From: a virus
DNA: 64,000 bases
Strand: one strand, 5' to 3'
IMG/VR virus record: IMGVR_UViG_3300045988_171772
Span: 64,001 to 128,000 of that record
Position 1 is the first letter of the stretch. The number at the start of each line of letters is the position of its first letter. Below are positions 29,357 to 39,005 of this stretch, piece after piece. The translations under genes and the position numbers were made by a program. The notes under the pieces were generated by a model. That model searched no databases. It had not been told where the DNA came from and saw nothing but the letters and a program-made list of their open reading frames with translations.

Positions 29357-29638
29357 ATGAATTGCCCTTCAGGAATCAAGAGCTTCTATGTGAACGCGAT
29401 TTACTATACGAAGTCTATGACCATCGCCTCTGTCCCCGCCATGTGGCGTGATGAAGTCCAGGCTGCAATTGATGAAATCGTTGCTGCGGAGAAAGCTGCT
29501 CTGCAGGAAAAGCTGGACAAGCTGGAAGAGGCTCATCAGAAGCTGGAAGAGGAAGCCAAGGATAAGGAAGAGTCTGAGGAATCTGACACTTCTTCTGCCG
29601 AGGAGACTCCTATTCAGCAGCCTTCTGACGCTGAATAA
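29357..29638 (+). CDS. hypothetical coiled-coil protein
   Basis: 93-aa ORF with SD AAAGGAG. Charged stretch EKLDKLEEAHQKLEEEAKDKEESEE. Confidence 0.6.
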   Translation: MNCPSGIKSFYVNAIYYTKSMTIASVPAMWRDEVQAAIDEIVAAEKAALQEKLDKLEEAHQKLEEEAKDKEESEESDTSSAEETPIQQPSDAE

Positions 29639-29646
29639 GTTACATT

Positions 29647-29690
29647 AAATCCCATATGGATTTCTTTATCTAAGAATCCATATGGGATTT
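29647..29690. terminator. bidirectional hairpin terminator
   Basis: 16-bp stem AAATCCCATATGGATT (29647-29662) pairs with AATCCATATGGGATTT (29675-29690). Lies between convergent genes. Confidence 0.75.
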
Positions 29691-29701
29691 ATATTGTCAT
29701 T

Positions 29702-30466
29702 TTAGATAGAGATGTCATCACCGATCTTGAAAGAAGTCGGAGATCCCTCAGGAAGTTCCTTAGGATTCTCAATAGCTTCTTCCAAAACTTTCTTTCTGAC
29801 TCCCCATTCTTCCGGTACACTCGGGAACTCAAATCCATCGACATTGAGATAGACAAACTCCGGAGTCAATACATTTGACTGGAATTGTCCACACTTCATA
29901 CTCATGTCTACCTTATACTGAATCAGCTCCTGGACTTTATCCGGAATGTAATCTTCATACTCTTCCACAAATCCGGTATAATCCTGATAGATCTGCTGAA
30001 GAGGAATAAAGATTCTTCCATCATGGACCAGTTTATGCTGAGTAGCACTCAGAGGAATCAGACCTACCTTACCAGCATAATGAAGTTCCATCACTTCATT
30101 GGCAAGCTCATAGGGATTCAGATCTTTCTCAAGAATCTGGTACTTGGCCAAGACTGTCTGGACGATCTGGAAGAGATTGAAAGGTTCGTGATGGATCTCA
30201 ATGGTATATTTCTTACCTTCACCATTCTTGAGTCCTCTCAGAATGGCACACTTATTGAAATCCATATTCTTCTTCAACCAGGAGATATAGTCTTTATACT
30301 CCTGAGAGTGTCTTACAATCATCTCAATCTTCTTGACAAACTTGACCATATCCTTCTCAGTCCGAAAGACATAAGTAGGTCTCTTGGGAAGTTCTTCGAT
30401 GGTGATATTAACAGTACGACGATCTCTATACTTTTTGGCAATATCAGAATCTTTAACCAAAATCAT
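29702..30466 (-). CDS. hypothetical protein with His-rich (His-Me-finger-like?) motif
   Basis: 254-aa ORF with SD AAGGAGAG. Motif IEIHHEPFN...LSATQHKLVHDG. Confidence 0.65.
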   Translation of the reverse strand: MILVKDSDIAKKYRDRRTVNITIEELPKRPTYVFRTEKDMVKFVKKIEMIVRHSQEYKDYISWLKKNMDFNKCAILRGLKNGEGKKYTIEIHHEPFNLFQIVQTVLAKYQILEKDLNPYELANEVMELHYAGKVGLIPLSATQHKLVHDGRIFIPLQQIYQDYTGFVEEYEDYIPDKVQELIQYKVDMSMKCGQFQSNVLTPEFVYLNVDGFEFPSVPEEWGVRKKVLEEAIENPKELPEGSPTSFKIGDDISI

Positions 30467-30486
30467 AGAAAAGAGATCTCTCCTTC

Positions 30487-31296
30487 TTATTGGAATCTCC
30501 GAATAATTGCATTTGGATACAAAGGTGCTGGATTGAAATTGGGATCTGTATTCTTAGCAGTCACATAGGTTGTCCATGTCGGGAAAGAACGAATCTGGAC
30601 ATACTTGGAATACTTAGGAAGCCAATAGTGATTCATAGTGAGATCACTAAAGGTCAGAGAGTGATCATAGAATCTAGTGCAATAGGGAAGAAGAACTTTT
30701 CTTCCATCTTTACACCAGACACTCAGTTTGTCATACGTGACCAATGCAGGAAGATAGACGATCTCCTTAGGCATCTTAATGACGATATCGTAATAGAGTT
30801 CTTCCTTAGGAATTTCACCTTTCTCATAGGCTTCTTTATCCACAGGATCACTGATACGATATTCTACAGAAAGATCACTATAGGACTGGGAAATCCAGTT
30901 AGACATCTTCTTGAATCGATTTCTGACGTAGTCATCCGGAATCTGATTCTTATTGAATCTCTCAGGATAATAGACATAGGTGTCAATATTTCGATCTGTC
31001 AGATCTCTCACCAGATTAAAAAGTGTGGATATCGTACGAATGTTGATCTGATTCGCAAAGATATTCACCCTCTGATAGTATGCAATGGTGGCATACTTCA
31101 TACACTCCCGATAGCAATCCGGAGTCTGAATGAAGAGACAGAGCTCATTCGGTTCCTGAGAGTCTGTAAGAGCAAACACAGGAGCTGCACCAGTGGAATC
31201 GGCATCATAGAAATTCTCCAGATATCCAGTCATACCATAGCATGGCATCCTGAAATGAATATTTGGGTTATCATAATGGGGCATGATATTCATCAC
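30487..31296 (-). CDS. hypothetical protein
   Basis: 269-aa ORF. An AACA-N6-TAA motif lies just upstream. Confidence 0.75.
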   Translation of the reverse strand: MMNIMPHYDNPNIHFRMPCYGMTGYLENFYDADSTGAAPVFALTDSQEPNELCLFIQTPDCYRECMKYATIAYYQRVNIFANQINIRTISTLFNLVRDLTDRNIDTYVYYPERFNKNQIPDDYVRNRFKKMSNWISQSYSDLSVEYRISDPVDKEAYEKGEIPKEELYYDIVIKMPKEIVYLPALVTYDKLSVWCKDGRKVLLPYCTRFYDHSLTFSDLTMNHYWLPKYSKYVQIRSFPTWTTYVTAKNTDPNFNPAPLYPNAIIRRFQ

Positions 31297-31302
31297 CTCT
31301 CG

Positions 31303-31315
31303 TTAAAGGCCTGTT
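31303..31315 (-). promoter_or_regulatory. AACA-N6-TAA motif (candidate late-type promoter)
   Basis: Minus strand reads CCCTCAAAAACAGGCCTTTAACG. Confidence 0.5.
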
Positions 31316-31377
31316 TTTGAGGGCAAATACCCTACCTAGAGCTATTTATTAGTCCTAGGTAGGGTATTATAAATCTT

Positions 31378-32469
31378 TTATTGATTCGAGAATTTGACGA
31401 AACCTTTATTCTTCTCGTAATTGGCTTCGACTTCTTGAATGGTAGGTACAGAATCTGACCAAGCTACTTTAGCCGGATACGTATCTTCCGAATCATAGCT
31501 ATCCACTTTCGGAGCCAGCATTACGATAGCTTCCGCATTATTCTCATAAACAGGATTCTTGACATACAGAAGGAGAGTACCATTGGGATACAATTCCAAC
31601 TTTGTAGGTGTGTGAATCCTCTGGAAATCTTCCGAAGTCTGAGGATACTTAAGATTCGCATCTTCATAGTAATCCTCATACTCACGAATCAGCTCTTTCA
31701 GCTTAGCGGTACAAGAAGGAGTCTTCATCCAACCCTTTACCACTTTTCTGAAGTTTGATCTTGCCTTGTCTGTAATGACAGCAAGTTTCTTCAGAAGCTC
31801 AGGGTCATGTTCCTTCTTATCCCGATTTCCATATTGGTATGAAAAATCGACCGGCATCATCTTCCCCATATAGGGAATTTCCATCTTCCCATGGATGGTA
31901 ACCACCCATGTGCCATGAGAGAAATAAGAATTTAGCGTCATCTGTCCAAGATCTTTATCCTCGAACGAATTATTGTTTTCCTTCTTACGAGATCCCCATT
32001 GGAAGATTCCTTCAGTTACCGCGTCATTTTCTTTTTTCGATTCGTTTTGCTTCTTGATCTTCTCCTGGGCATCAGTAATGTCCATCTTCTTCGGAACGAC
32101 ACGATTTGCTTTGTCTCTCCGAGTCGGAGGAACTACCTTGACATCAGGATAGAATTTATTGAAGGGATTGCCCGCAGTGATGGTGATGTCGATCTTAAAC
32201 TTCTTTGCAGCTTTGTAAAGATTGTCAGCACACTCTTTCCGATCTTCTTCAGGAACGAAACGGAAATACTTGATTCCGTTACGGACGCTCTCTTCATCAT
32301 TGATCGGGTACTTTCTCTTCTTAGGAAGTGCAAAGGCACTATCCGGAAGTTTATCCCGATCCGATTTCTTCATAGCCTCGGTGACGACCTTTTTTTCCAG
32401 AAGATCGTCATCCTCATGATACTCAGGATCCAAAAAATCCATAATGGATTCGAAAGCAGTCATACTCAT
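31378..32469 (-). CDS. hypothetical protein
   Basis: 363-aa ORF with SD GAAGGAGAG. Confidence 0.75.
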   Translation of the reverse strand: MSMTAFESIMDFLDPEYHEDDDLLEKKVVTEAMKKSDRDKLPDSAFALPKKRKYPINDEESVRNGIKYFRFVPEEDRKECADNLYKAAKKFKIDITITAGNPFNKFYPDVKVVPPTRRDKANRVVPKKMDITDAQEKIKKQNESKKENDAVTEGIFQWGSRKKENNNSFEDKDLGQMTLNSYFSHGTWVVTIHGKMEIPYMGKMMPVDFSYQYGNRDKKEHDPELLKKLAVITDKARSNFRKVVKGWMKTPSCTAKLKELIREYEDYYEDANLKYPQTSEDFQRIHTPTKLELYPNGTLLLYVKNPVYENNAEAIVMLAPKVDSYDSEDTYPAKVAWSDSVPTIQEVEANYEKNKGFVKFSNQ

Positions 32470-32486
32470 AGGGATTGCTCTCCTTC

Positions 32487-33038
32487 TTACTGAGAATCAG
32501 TCTCCTCATTGGTATGAGAAGCCGCCGCTGCAGCAGCACGAGCAGCAGCCTCAGCCTGACGAGCACGCTTCCGCTGATTCTTGCTCATACCAGCATAGGG
32601 ATCAGCAGTGGGCATAGCAGCAACTGTCGGATGATGAGCCTGCTTCACTTCTTCCTTTGGAGTCTCTTTGGTAGATTCCTCATTCTGAATCAGAGTGCGA
32701 ATCTCAGAAGTGACTTCCTTGGTTTCTTCAGAAGTAGTTTCCACGACAGGCTGCTCCACCTTCTTCTCGAAAGAAACCTGAGGAATTTCTTTACCCACAG
32801 GTTTCGGCTTCGGCTGCGGAACCACAGGAGGGAAATGATTCTCATCCAAATTTGTCCGAGTCAGACGAACCTTCTGGTGGACATCATTCTGATTGTGCAG
32901 ATTGACCTTCACGCCATTCATGACCAGCTTCTTAACCAGATCAAATGACATACGGGTCGGAACCAGAATAGGACCATCTCCACCAATGAGCGGAATACGC
33001 CCAACGGATTCGATAGTTACCAGAACTACCTTAGCCAT
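32487..33038 (-). CDS. hypothetical protein
   Basis: 183-aa ORF with SD TAAGGAGG. Ala-rich basic tail. Confidence 0.7.
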   Translation of the reverse strand: MAKVVLVTIESVGRIPLIGGDGPILVPTRMSFDLVKKLVMNGVKVNLHNQNDVHQKVRLTRTNLDENHFPPVVPQPKPKPVGKEIPQVSFEKKVEQPVVETTSEETKEVTSEIRTLIQNEESTKETPKEEVKQAHHPTVAAMPTADPYAGMSKNQRKRARQAEAAARAAAAAASHTNEETDSQ

Positions 33039-33053
33039 AGTAATCGATCCTCC

Positions 33054-34457
33054 TTAGCCTTCATATCCTTCAGGATAATTGATGAAAACTTTGTAATTGT
33101 CTTTGAAGCTTCTCTTATTGAGAACCTCAATACGAGCTTCATTGAGTCGATCGAGCATATTATTGACCACAGGACCCCATTTCCGCATGACACTCTGATC
33201 ATCCGAATAGAACTCCTCAAAAGCGTTAATACGATCGATCAGATCATAGATATTATTCAGTACCTGCTTCCGCTCATACTGATCACTCATGCGGTCCACA
33301 TCGACAAAGATCAGATCGATTTCTTTCTCAGAAGGAAGCATGGGACGAGAACGCAACAGACCCAGACGAGTCTTGAAGCTTTCCATCACTCTCATATCTC
33401 TTTCTGCACAGAGATCGAATGCAGATCTCATTTTCGGATTTCTGTCGACGGAGTAGGTAAACATTACTTTTTTATCAGTAAAAAGATCCTGATGATCCGC
33501 AATGGTACCTTCCACAACAGCGCCGGTATATCTCTCATGAAGCTGCATACCCATAGAATCCAGGAAGGAGAGATAGATCACTCTCAGATTCGGACTACAG
33601 GTTCTCATAGCAAACGCAATCGCCTCATCTTTCAGATAATTCTTGCGCTTGGTATAATCCCGATAGTACCGAGAAGCCCAGAGCATCCTTTCAGAAACCT
33701 TCTGGAATTTCTCAGAGGGAGTCTTCATGAGATCGGTATTGCCATTATTCTTGATCAGCTGAGCCAGACCACCTTCATAGGCATTGATATACTCAGGAGG
33801 AATCATGCTTTCAGCACCAGCAACACTCACTTTCAGAGAGCTGGCGATATTCACAGGATTCTTCATGATAATCCAATCCTTAATGAAGCAGGCAGTCAAA
33901 ATCGGAATCAGATACAGCTTAGACAGAGCACCCACATCGGTTCCGTCTCTCCGAATGTCAAACTCTGTATCGGTAATATAACTGTCGCAATACGCATCGT
34001 AGATGGTATTCACGACAGAATCAGATTTGACGACATTCAGAATATCCAGAATCATCATGGTAGTGAGCGCTTCTGGTGAAATGTTATAGTTGCCTTCATT
34101 TTGGTAAAGACTACGCTTCACACAACCCAGATTGATCTCAACACACCAGGTCTTGATATTGTGCCACCGACTTACCAATTCATCTCTGGAGTCATGGGAT
34201 GCCATTCGAGCACAGAATTTATAGATCGAACCACCATCATAAACCTGGGGATAGGTGCGAACCACAAAAGGTTCCCCTGATTGAGTAGGATCAACAAACA
34301 TGACATCGAAGGTCATCGTGATTTCCTGATCCTCAGGAGTAAACATCACAGACAAAGTGTCTGAGATATTATTCTCAGCATCTTCTGGCAAAACGGAGCC
34401 GTTATGGACATTATTAAAAGTGGACTTGATCAAGTCGACCATTTCAATAAATTCCAT
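33054..34457 (-). CDS. hypothetical (virion?) protein
   Basis: Start moved to ATG 34457 (MEFIEMVDL), 11 nt after AAAGGAG. 467 aa. Confidence 0.8.
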   Translation of the reverse strand: MEFIEMVDLIKSTFNNVHNGSVLPEDAENNISDTLSVMFTPEDQEITMTFDVMFVDPTQSGEPFVVRTYPQVYDGGSIYKFCARMASHDSRDELVSRWHNIKTWCVEINLGCVKRSLYQNEGNYNISPEALTTMMILDILNVVKSDSVVNTIYDAYCDSYITDTEFDIRRDGTDVGALSKLYLIPILTACFIKDWIIMKNPVNIASSLKVSVAGAESMIPPEYINAYEGGLAQLIKNNGNTDLMKTPSEKFQKVSERMLWASRYYRDYTKRKNYLKDEAIAFAMRTCSPNLRVIYLSFLDSMGMQLHERYTGAVVEGTIADHQDLFTDKKVMFTYSVDRNPKMRSAFDLCAERDMRVMESFKTRLGLLRSRPMLPSEKEIDLIFVDVDRMSDQYERKQVLNNIYDLIDRINAFEEFYSDDQSVMRKWGPVVNNMLDRLNEARIEVLNKRSFKDNYKVFINYPEGYEG

Positions 34458-34522
34458 AGATAGAATCACTCCTTTATGATACAAAGTGATTGTAAGATAC
34501 TTACATCTTTATATTACCGATG

Positions 34523-34535
34523 TTAAACAGGTGTT
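34523..34535 (-). promoter_or_regulatory. AACA-N6-TAA motif (candidate late-type promoter)
   Basis: Minus strand reads TCTCTCAAAACACCTGTTTAACATC. Confidence 0.5.
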
Positions 34536-34613
34536 TTGAGAGACCTCTGGATTGAACTCAAAAATAAAAGCTGTAACAGGCTTATTTTATTCATTCTAAG
34601 GAGGAAAATCATC

Positions 34614-35018
34614 ATGAATGATATTGCCGCTGTTGTATCCTTTCTTGTGATCGGTCTATTCCTGGTTACCTTCATCACCGATGTGATGACTCAGGTTATC
34701 AAGAAGGTCACCTATGACAAGATTCCGACCAATATCGTCTGCCTGATCATTGCTGTTATTCTGGCAGTGATTGGATGCTTCATTGGTGCTGCCATTGGTG
34801 TCTATGTGCTCGCATGGTATCACTTTGTCATCGCAGTAATTCTTGGTTTCTTTGCTACGTTTATTGGTATGAATGGATATGATAAACTGGTTCAGATCTT
34901 TAAGCAATATGAAGGGATTCTGGATCTGGCTAAAGAGAGAACTGCGAAAACTTCCGCTGAAGCCGAAGTATCTGGTGAGACTACCGAAGTCCCTGAAGAT
35001 ACCGATAAGTCTGAATAA
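34614..35018 (+). CDS. holin-like multi-TM membrane protein
   Basis: ATG 34614 follows TAAGGAGG. 134 aa with three hydrophobic helices and an acidic tail. The IKKVTYDKIPTN linker resembles Firmicute phage holins as I recall them. Confidence 0.55.
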   Translation: MNDIAAVVSFLVIGLFLVTFITDVMTQVIKKVTYDKIPTNIVCLIIAVILAVIGCFIGAAIGVYVLAWYHFVIAVILGFFATFIGMNGYDKLVQIFKQYEGILDLAKERTAKTSAEAEVSGETTEVPEDTDKSE

Positions 35019-35022
35019 AAAG

Positions 35023-35080
35023 AATGGGTTACCTTATACTCTCCAGAAAGGGAGATACTAAGGTAACCCATTTTTATTTT
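35023..35080. terminator. bidirectional intrinsic terminator
   Basis: AATGGGTTACCTTA (35023-35036) pairs with TAAGGTAACCCATT (35059-35072), then TTTTATTTT. Confidence 0.75.
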
Positions 35081-36144
35081 ATTCTCAGATATCCATCTTC
35101 TCCAGCGAAGAAATACTCATCTTGGATTCTATCTTTAGGGACTCCATAATCTTTCTCATCCTTGAAGGCATTCCTATGGAAATAGAGCTTCTTAATCCAA
35201 GGAATAACCTCCGGATGCTTGAGTAATACCTGAAATTCTTCCATATCAGTCTTATCATTGTCACAATAGATATGGACGTTTGCTTTATACATGAGACCAT
35301 TGTAGATGAGATATCTCAATATCGCTGCTGGTCCATATCCACAGATTGCAGCATAGATATTCCGATCATTATCCTCACCAAAGTTCTCATGAATACTGAT
35401 AATGTCAAAGGTCCCTTCTGCAATATAGACATTCAGAGGCTTCTCTGATACCATACTGATCGCACAGGGAATCATATAGAAAGATGCTGGATTATGATTC
35501 CTGGAATTCAATATGACCTTCATATATCTTCTTGCATTGGGATCCTTTCCTATATATCGGAATGTCAGGACATTATTCGACTGAGACAAGAATCCGACAT
35601 AGAAGAATTCAATATTGTGGATACTCCATTCTGACATCTGAAGATTCTGATACCAGATCTTATTTGCCGCACAGAATTTCAGAAGAGAAGGAACGATCTT
35701 GAGTCTCGGACAATCTTCCAGAGTTAGTTGCAATCCCAATCTCTGGTTGATATACTCCATTTTCTCTCTATTCTCTGGACAGTCATCTGGTACAGGAACG
35801 ATGAAATTCTCTATCTGGTCATTGGTGAAGAGATTTCTTCTTGCTGATCTTCTATTGAGAGATCGCAATTCTTTTACCATATCAGAATCTATATAGACAC
35901 CGACATCCTGAAGAAACTGATCATTGACCAGACCAGATACCTCACATTTGAAACACCGATAGACCATTGCAGAAGAATCATCATCTACATCGATCTTGAT
36001 ACTCAGATGACCATGTGTGGGATCATGAGAATCTCCACAATAAGGGCATCTTATAGTCCATTGTGTATGAGCGGAATTCGGTATACATACAGGGAGATCA
36101 TTCAATTTGGATAATACGATCTCTTTCAATTCTTTCGATACCAT
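35074..36144 (-). CDS. DNA primase (zinc-ribbon plus TOPRIM)
   Basis: 356 aa. Zinc ribbon CPYCGDSHDPTHGH...CFKCEVSG. TOPRIM motifs YIAEGTFDIISI and IYCDNDKTD. Confidence 0.8.
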   Translation of the reverse strand: MVSKELKEIVLSKLNDLPVCIPNSAHTQWTIRCPYCGDSHDPTHGHLSIKIDVDDDSSAMVYRCFKCEVSGLVNDQFLQDVGVYIDSDMVKELRSLNRRSARRNLFTNDQIENFIVPVPDDCPENREKMEYINQRLGLQLTLEDCPRLKIVPSLLKFCAANKIWYQNLQMSEWSIHNIEFFYVGFLSQSNNVLTFRYIGKDPNARRYMKVILNSRNHNPASFYMIPCAISMVSEKPLNVYIAEGTFDIISIHENFGEDNDRNIYAAICGYGPAAILRYLIYNGLMYKANVHIYCDNDKTDMEEFQVLLKHPEVIPWIKKLYFHRNAFKDEKDYGVPKDRIQDEYFFAGEDGYLRIK

Positions 36145-36199
36145 GTCTTTATCACCTTACTTTCAAAGTAATGATATATCGGATTATTTCCTTTCCAAA

Positions 36200-36212
36200 A
36201 ACACGGGTATAA
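36200..36212 (+). promoter_or_regulatory. AACA-N6-TAA motif (candidate late-type promoter)
   Basis: TCCAAAAACACGGGTATAATATT, 28 nt before ATG 36241. Confidence 0.5.
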
Positions 36213-36240
36213 TATTAAGCCTATAAGGAGGTTACACTCC

Positions 36241-37443
36241 ATGAATGATTTGAAATGGATGTCCAAAGCCGATTTTTTTGAAGCTTTAGATAGTCCCACC
36301 AATGAGAATGATTCTGTGGTCTTTAAGCAGATGAATCTCTTTGGTCCTTATTACATCCAGGATCTTTCTTTCAAGCAATGCTTGGAATATCCTAAAGATA
36401 TCAACCATGTCACATACAAAGATCGTCTTCCGATGTATCGTATGTGTGATCTGGCATATCCTATGGACAATCCTCTTAGAAAAGAGACCAAACCTCTGAG
36501 AAAGCTTTGTATTGAGAAATGCAAAGAACTCCAGAGATGTAAGAGTCATACAGCTCAGGCTATTGCCTATGAGATGTGTATGTTTATCAAGGACATCATT
36601 GACAATCGATTCTCTCCTACAGAAGAAGGAGTCATGCAGGCATATCATCCTATTGTCCCTTATCAGGGTACAGTGAGTCGATATGAAGCAGAGTCTTCTA
36701 TCTCCAATAAGCCGGATGAGAAAGATAAGAAAAAGATCAAGAAGATCACAGAAGAATCTACGGATTCCATTATGAGTCGAATTGGTCCTCGAATTGTCAA
36801 TCCCGATCTGTCTGATACTCTTGATATGGACTATGGCTTTGGTACTCTCGGAGATAAGTACAATCAAAGTGCTACTGAGAGTCTGGAGAAAGCCTGTGCT
36901 CAATTCCATCTGATTGCCTATGGAAGATATGCCAATGACAATGATAAGGTGATGGAAGGATTCTCCTACTTCGATAATCCTGATTGGGTCAATGATGAAT
37001 GGGATAATGTATTAGAAGCGATCACAGATGCTACCACCAACGTCCCTCCTTCTGTACCTACTGTCAATCAATCTCTTTCTATGAAGAAATCTGACGATGA
37101 TGATAAGGTCTTCTCAGATATGAATAGAGAGAAGAAAGATACTTCGGAATATCAGGCACAATCAGAAGAATTCAACATCGATAAATTCCGTCAATTCATG
37201 GCAGTTAATCAGAGATACACTGTGTCTCCCTCTGCTTTTACAGACTTCATGAATTATGCCAAGTATGATCATATCGTCGGGTATATCAATGATGGTCCTG
37301 TCTTGCAGATGAATGAGACCAATCTCTATGTCATGCCTATCATTGATGTCGTAGAAGGGAATGAGAAGAAGCTCCTCGTTTATGATATCAACAAAGGCAA
37401 TATCAATGTGGAGTCCTTCCCCTCTGAGCATAATATCACTTAA
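36241..37443 (+). CDS. hypothetical protein
   Basis: 400-aa ORF with SD TAAGGAGG. Confidence 0.75.
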   Translation: MNDLKWMSKADFFEALDSPTNENDSVVFKQMNLFGPYYIQDLSFKQCLEYPKDINHVTYKDRLPMYRMCDLAYPMDNPLRKETKPLRKLCIEKCKELQRCKSHTAQAIAYEMCMFIKDIIDNRFSPTEEGVMQAYHPIVPYQGTVSRYEAESSISNKPDEKDKKKIKKITEESTDSIMSRIGPRIVNPDLSDTLDMDYGFGTLGDKYNQSATESLEKACAQFHLIAYGRYANDNDKVMEGFSYFDNPDWVNDEWDNVLEAITDATTNVPPSVPTVNQSLSMKKSDDDDKVFSDMNREKKDTSEYQAQSEEFNIDKFRQFMAVNQRYTVSPSAFTDFMNYAKYDHIVGYINDGPVLQMNETNLYVMPIIDVVEGNEKKLLVYDINKGNINVESFPSEHNIT

Positions 37444-37640
37444 ATTTCCATATATGATACATCTGTATAGAGATATTCGAAGCAGATGTATCATATTCTT
37501 TTCTTCTGTAAAAATATGGAGAAAAGGCATTTGCTTTGTATATCATTTATCTGAGTAGGAGTAGAATCTTAGTGATGTCTAGACTACTTAGATAAGGATT
37601 ACCCATCCCTTAATTATAATTGAAAAGGAGGATATTAGAA

Positions 37641-38357
37641 ATGGGTAATGGAAACAATTTTGATCAGGATCGTAATCTGATCACAAAGAACGTATCGACA
37701 CTGTGGCCGGTTCCGCCGGTGGCCTTCAATCTTCTGGGCTATGTCCCGAATAAGGTCATCTATAATGTGTCGAAAGAGAAACTGGAGGCTGACATTCTGA
37801 AAGTCATCCAGAATTTCTCTCCGGACTTCAAGCTGGTTCGTTTTGAGGTGGATTCCCGTACCCACCAGATGAGTCTCTGGGCTTGGATCACCAAGAACTC
37901 CAAAGACATCGTCGACAACCGGTATCAGAACCGTTCGGATCTCATCATTCAGAACCCGATGATCAATCCGAGCAAGAATATGCGGATTCTGCAGTCCATC
38001 TTCGGCATTCGTCCCAAGGGCGATAAGAATAAGGGTGACAATCCGAGCTCTGATGAGGCCATCCAGCGTAAGTTTAACTTCGTCAAGCCCAGCAACGGTG
38101 ACAATCGTTTCGTCGGTACCGAGATGGATCTGGTTGTCGTCTTCCGTGAGATGTTTGACTGGGATGATCGGTATTATGTCAACTTCTATAACCGGATCTC
38201 GGACAAGAACCGTGCTGTCCAGCACAACTATGATCTGAATATTGCTCCGGTCATCGACAACCATGGACGCTGCAAGGCTTTCATCGTCTCCAAGACGACG
38301 ATGAATCCGAATGGCGTCGAGAATCTGCATCCGAAGCAGGCTCGTCGTCTGGACTAA
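37641..38357 (+). CDS. hypothetical protein (GC-rich, probably abundant)
   Basis: ATG 37641 follows AAAGGAGGA. 238 aa at about 55% GC. Confidence 0.75.
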   Translation: MGNGNNFDQDRNLITKNVSTLWPVPPVAFNLLGYVPNKVIYNVSKEKLEADILKVIQNFSPDFKLVRFEVDSRTHQMSLWAWITKNSKDIVDNRYQNRSDLIIQNPMINPSKNMRILQSIFGIRPKGDKNKGDNPSSDEAIQRKFNFVKPSNGDNRFVGTEMDLVVVFREMFDWDDRYYVNFYNRISDKNRAVQHNYDLNIAPVIDNHGRCKAFIVSKTTMNPNGVENLHPKQARRLD

Positions 38358-38372
38358 TCACTAAGAACTGAC

Positions 38373-38418
38373 ATGCAGGGACTTGAAAGAAAAAATCAAG
38401 TCCCTGCATTTTTATTTT
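38373..38418 (+). terminator. intrinsic terminator
   Basis: ATGCAGGGACTTGA (38373-38386) pairs with TCAAGTCCCTGCAT (38396-38409), then TTTTTATTTT. Confidence 0.85.
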
Positions 38419-38449
38419 GATTTCTCTAAAGGAAAGGAATGAATTTCCT

Positions 38450-38998
38450 ATGGAATTAAAATGCGTAAAAATGAATCCAGAAGCACAGGATTTATATCGG
38501 TCTACTTCTGGATCTGCTGGATATGATGTCTCTATCTGTGATAATAGAGAACTTGATATGATTCGCAAATGGGCCAGAGAGAATCCCAAGCAATTGATCA
38601 AGTATCCTAAGATGACTACCATTGGTGGAGCTGTTGGTGGTCAATATTATCCCACCTATCAATTCTCTATTGAACCTGGAAAAAGTGCTACCATTCATAC
38701 TGGATTGGCAGTAGAGATACCCGAAGGATATGTAGGTCTGCTGGTAGCTCGCTCTGGTATCTCCAATCACTATGGGATTACTCCCAAGGATTGTATTGGA
38801 ATCATTGATTCTGATTATAGAGGAGAATTGATGGTCCATCTGGTCAATGACTCGGATCAGGAGTATTTCCTCTCTAAGAATGAGAGAGTATGTCAATTGG
38901 TAATCACTCCGTATATTGCTCCGGATATTGTCTATGTTGACAAACTCTCGGAGACGGAACGAGGAACGGGAGGATTTGGATCTTCTGGATCCAATTAA
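38450..38998 (+). CDS. dut: dUTP diphosphatase with an insertion between motifs I and II
   Basis: Motifs GSAGYDV, VARSGIS, GIIDSDYRGEL, ERVCQLVI and RGTGGFGSSG. About 35 extra residues lie after motif I. Confidence 0.85.
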   Translation: MELKCVKMNPEAQDLYRSTSGSAGYDVSICDNRELDMIRKWARENPKQLIKYPKMTTIGGAVGGQYYPTYQFSIEPGKSATIHTGLAVEIPEGYVGLLVARSGISNHYGITPKDCIGIIDSDYRGELMVHLVNDSDQEYFLSKNERVCQLVITPYIAPDIVYVDKLSETERGTGGFGSSGSN

Positions 38999-39005
38999 AG
39001 AATCT

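Noticed and set aside
38916-39005. 83-nt overlap of the FEN-like ORF with the dUTPase 3' end, considered as a programmed frameshift or fusion
   Set aside because: The ORF-track start is only the first in-frame Met. No slippery heptamer is visible. An internal ATG at 39006, just after the dut stop, gives a conventional arrangement.
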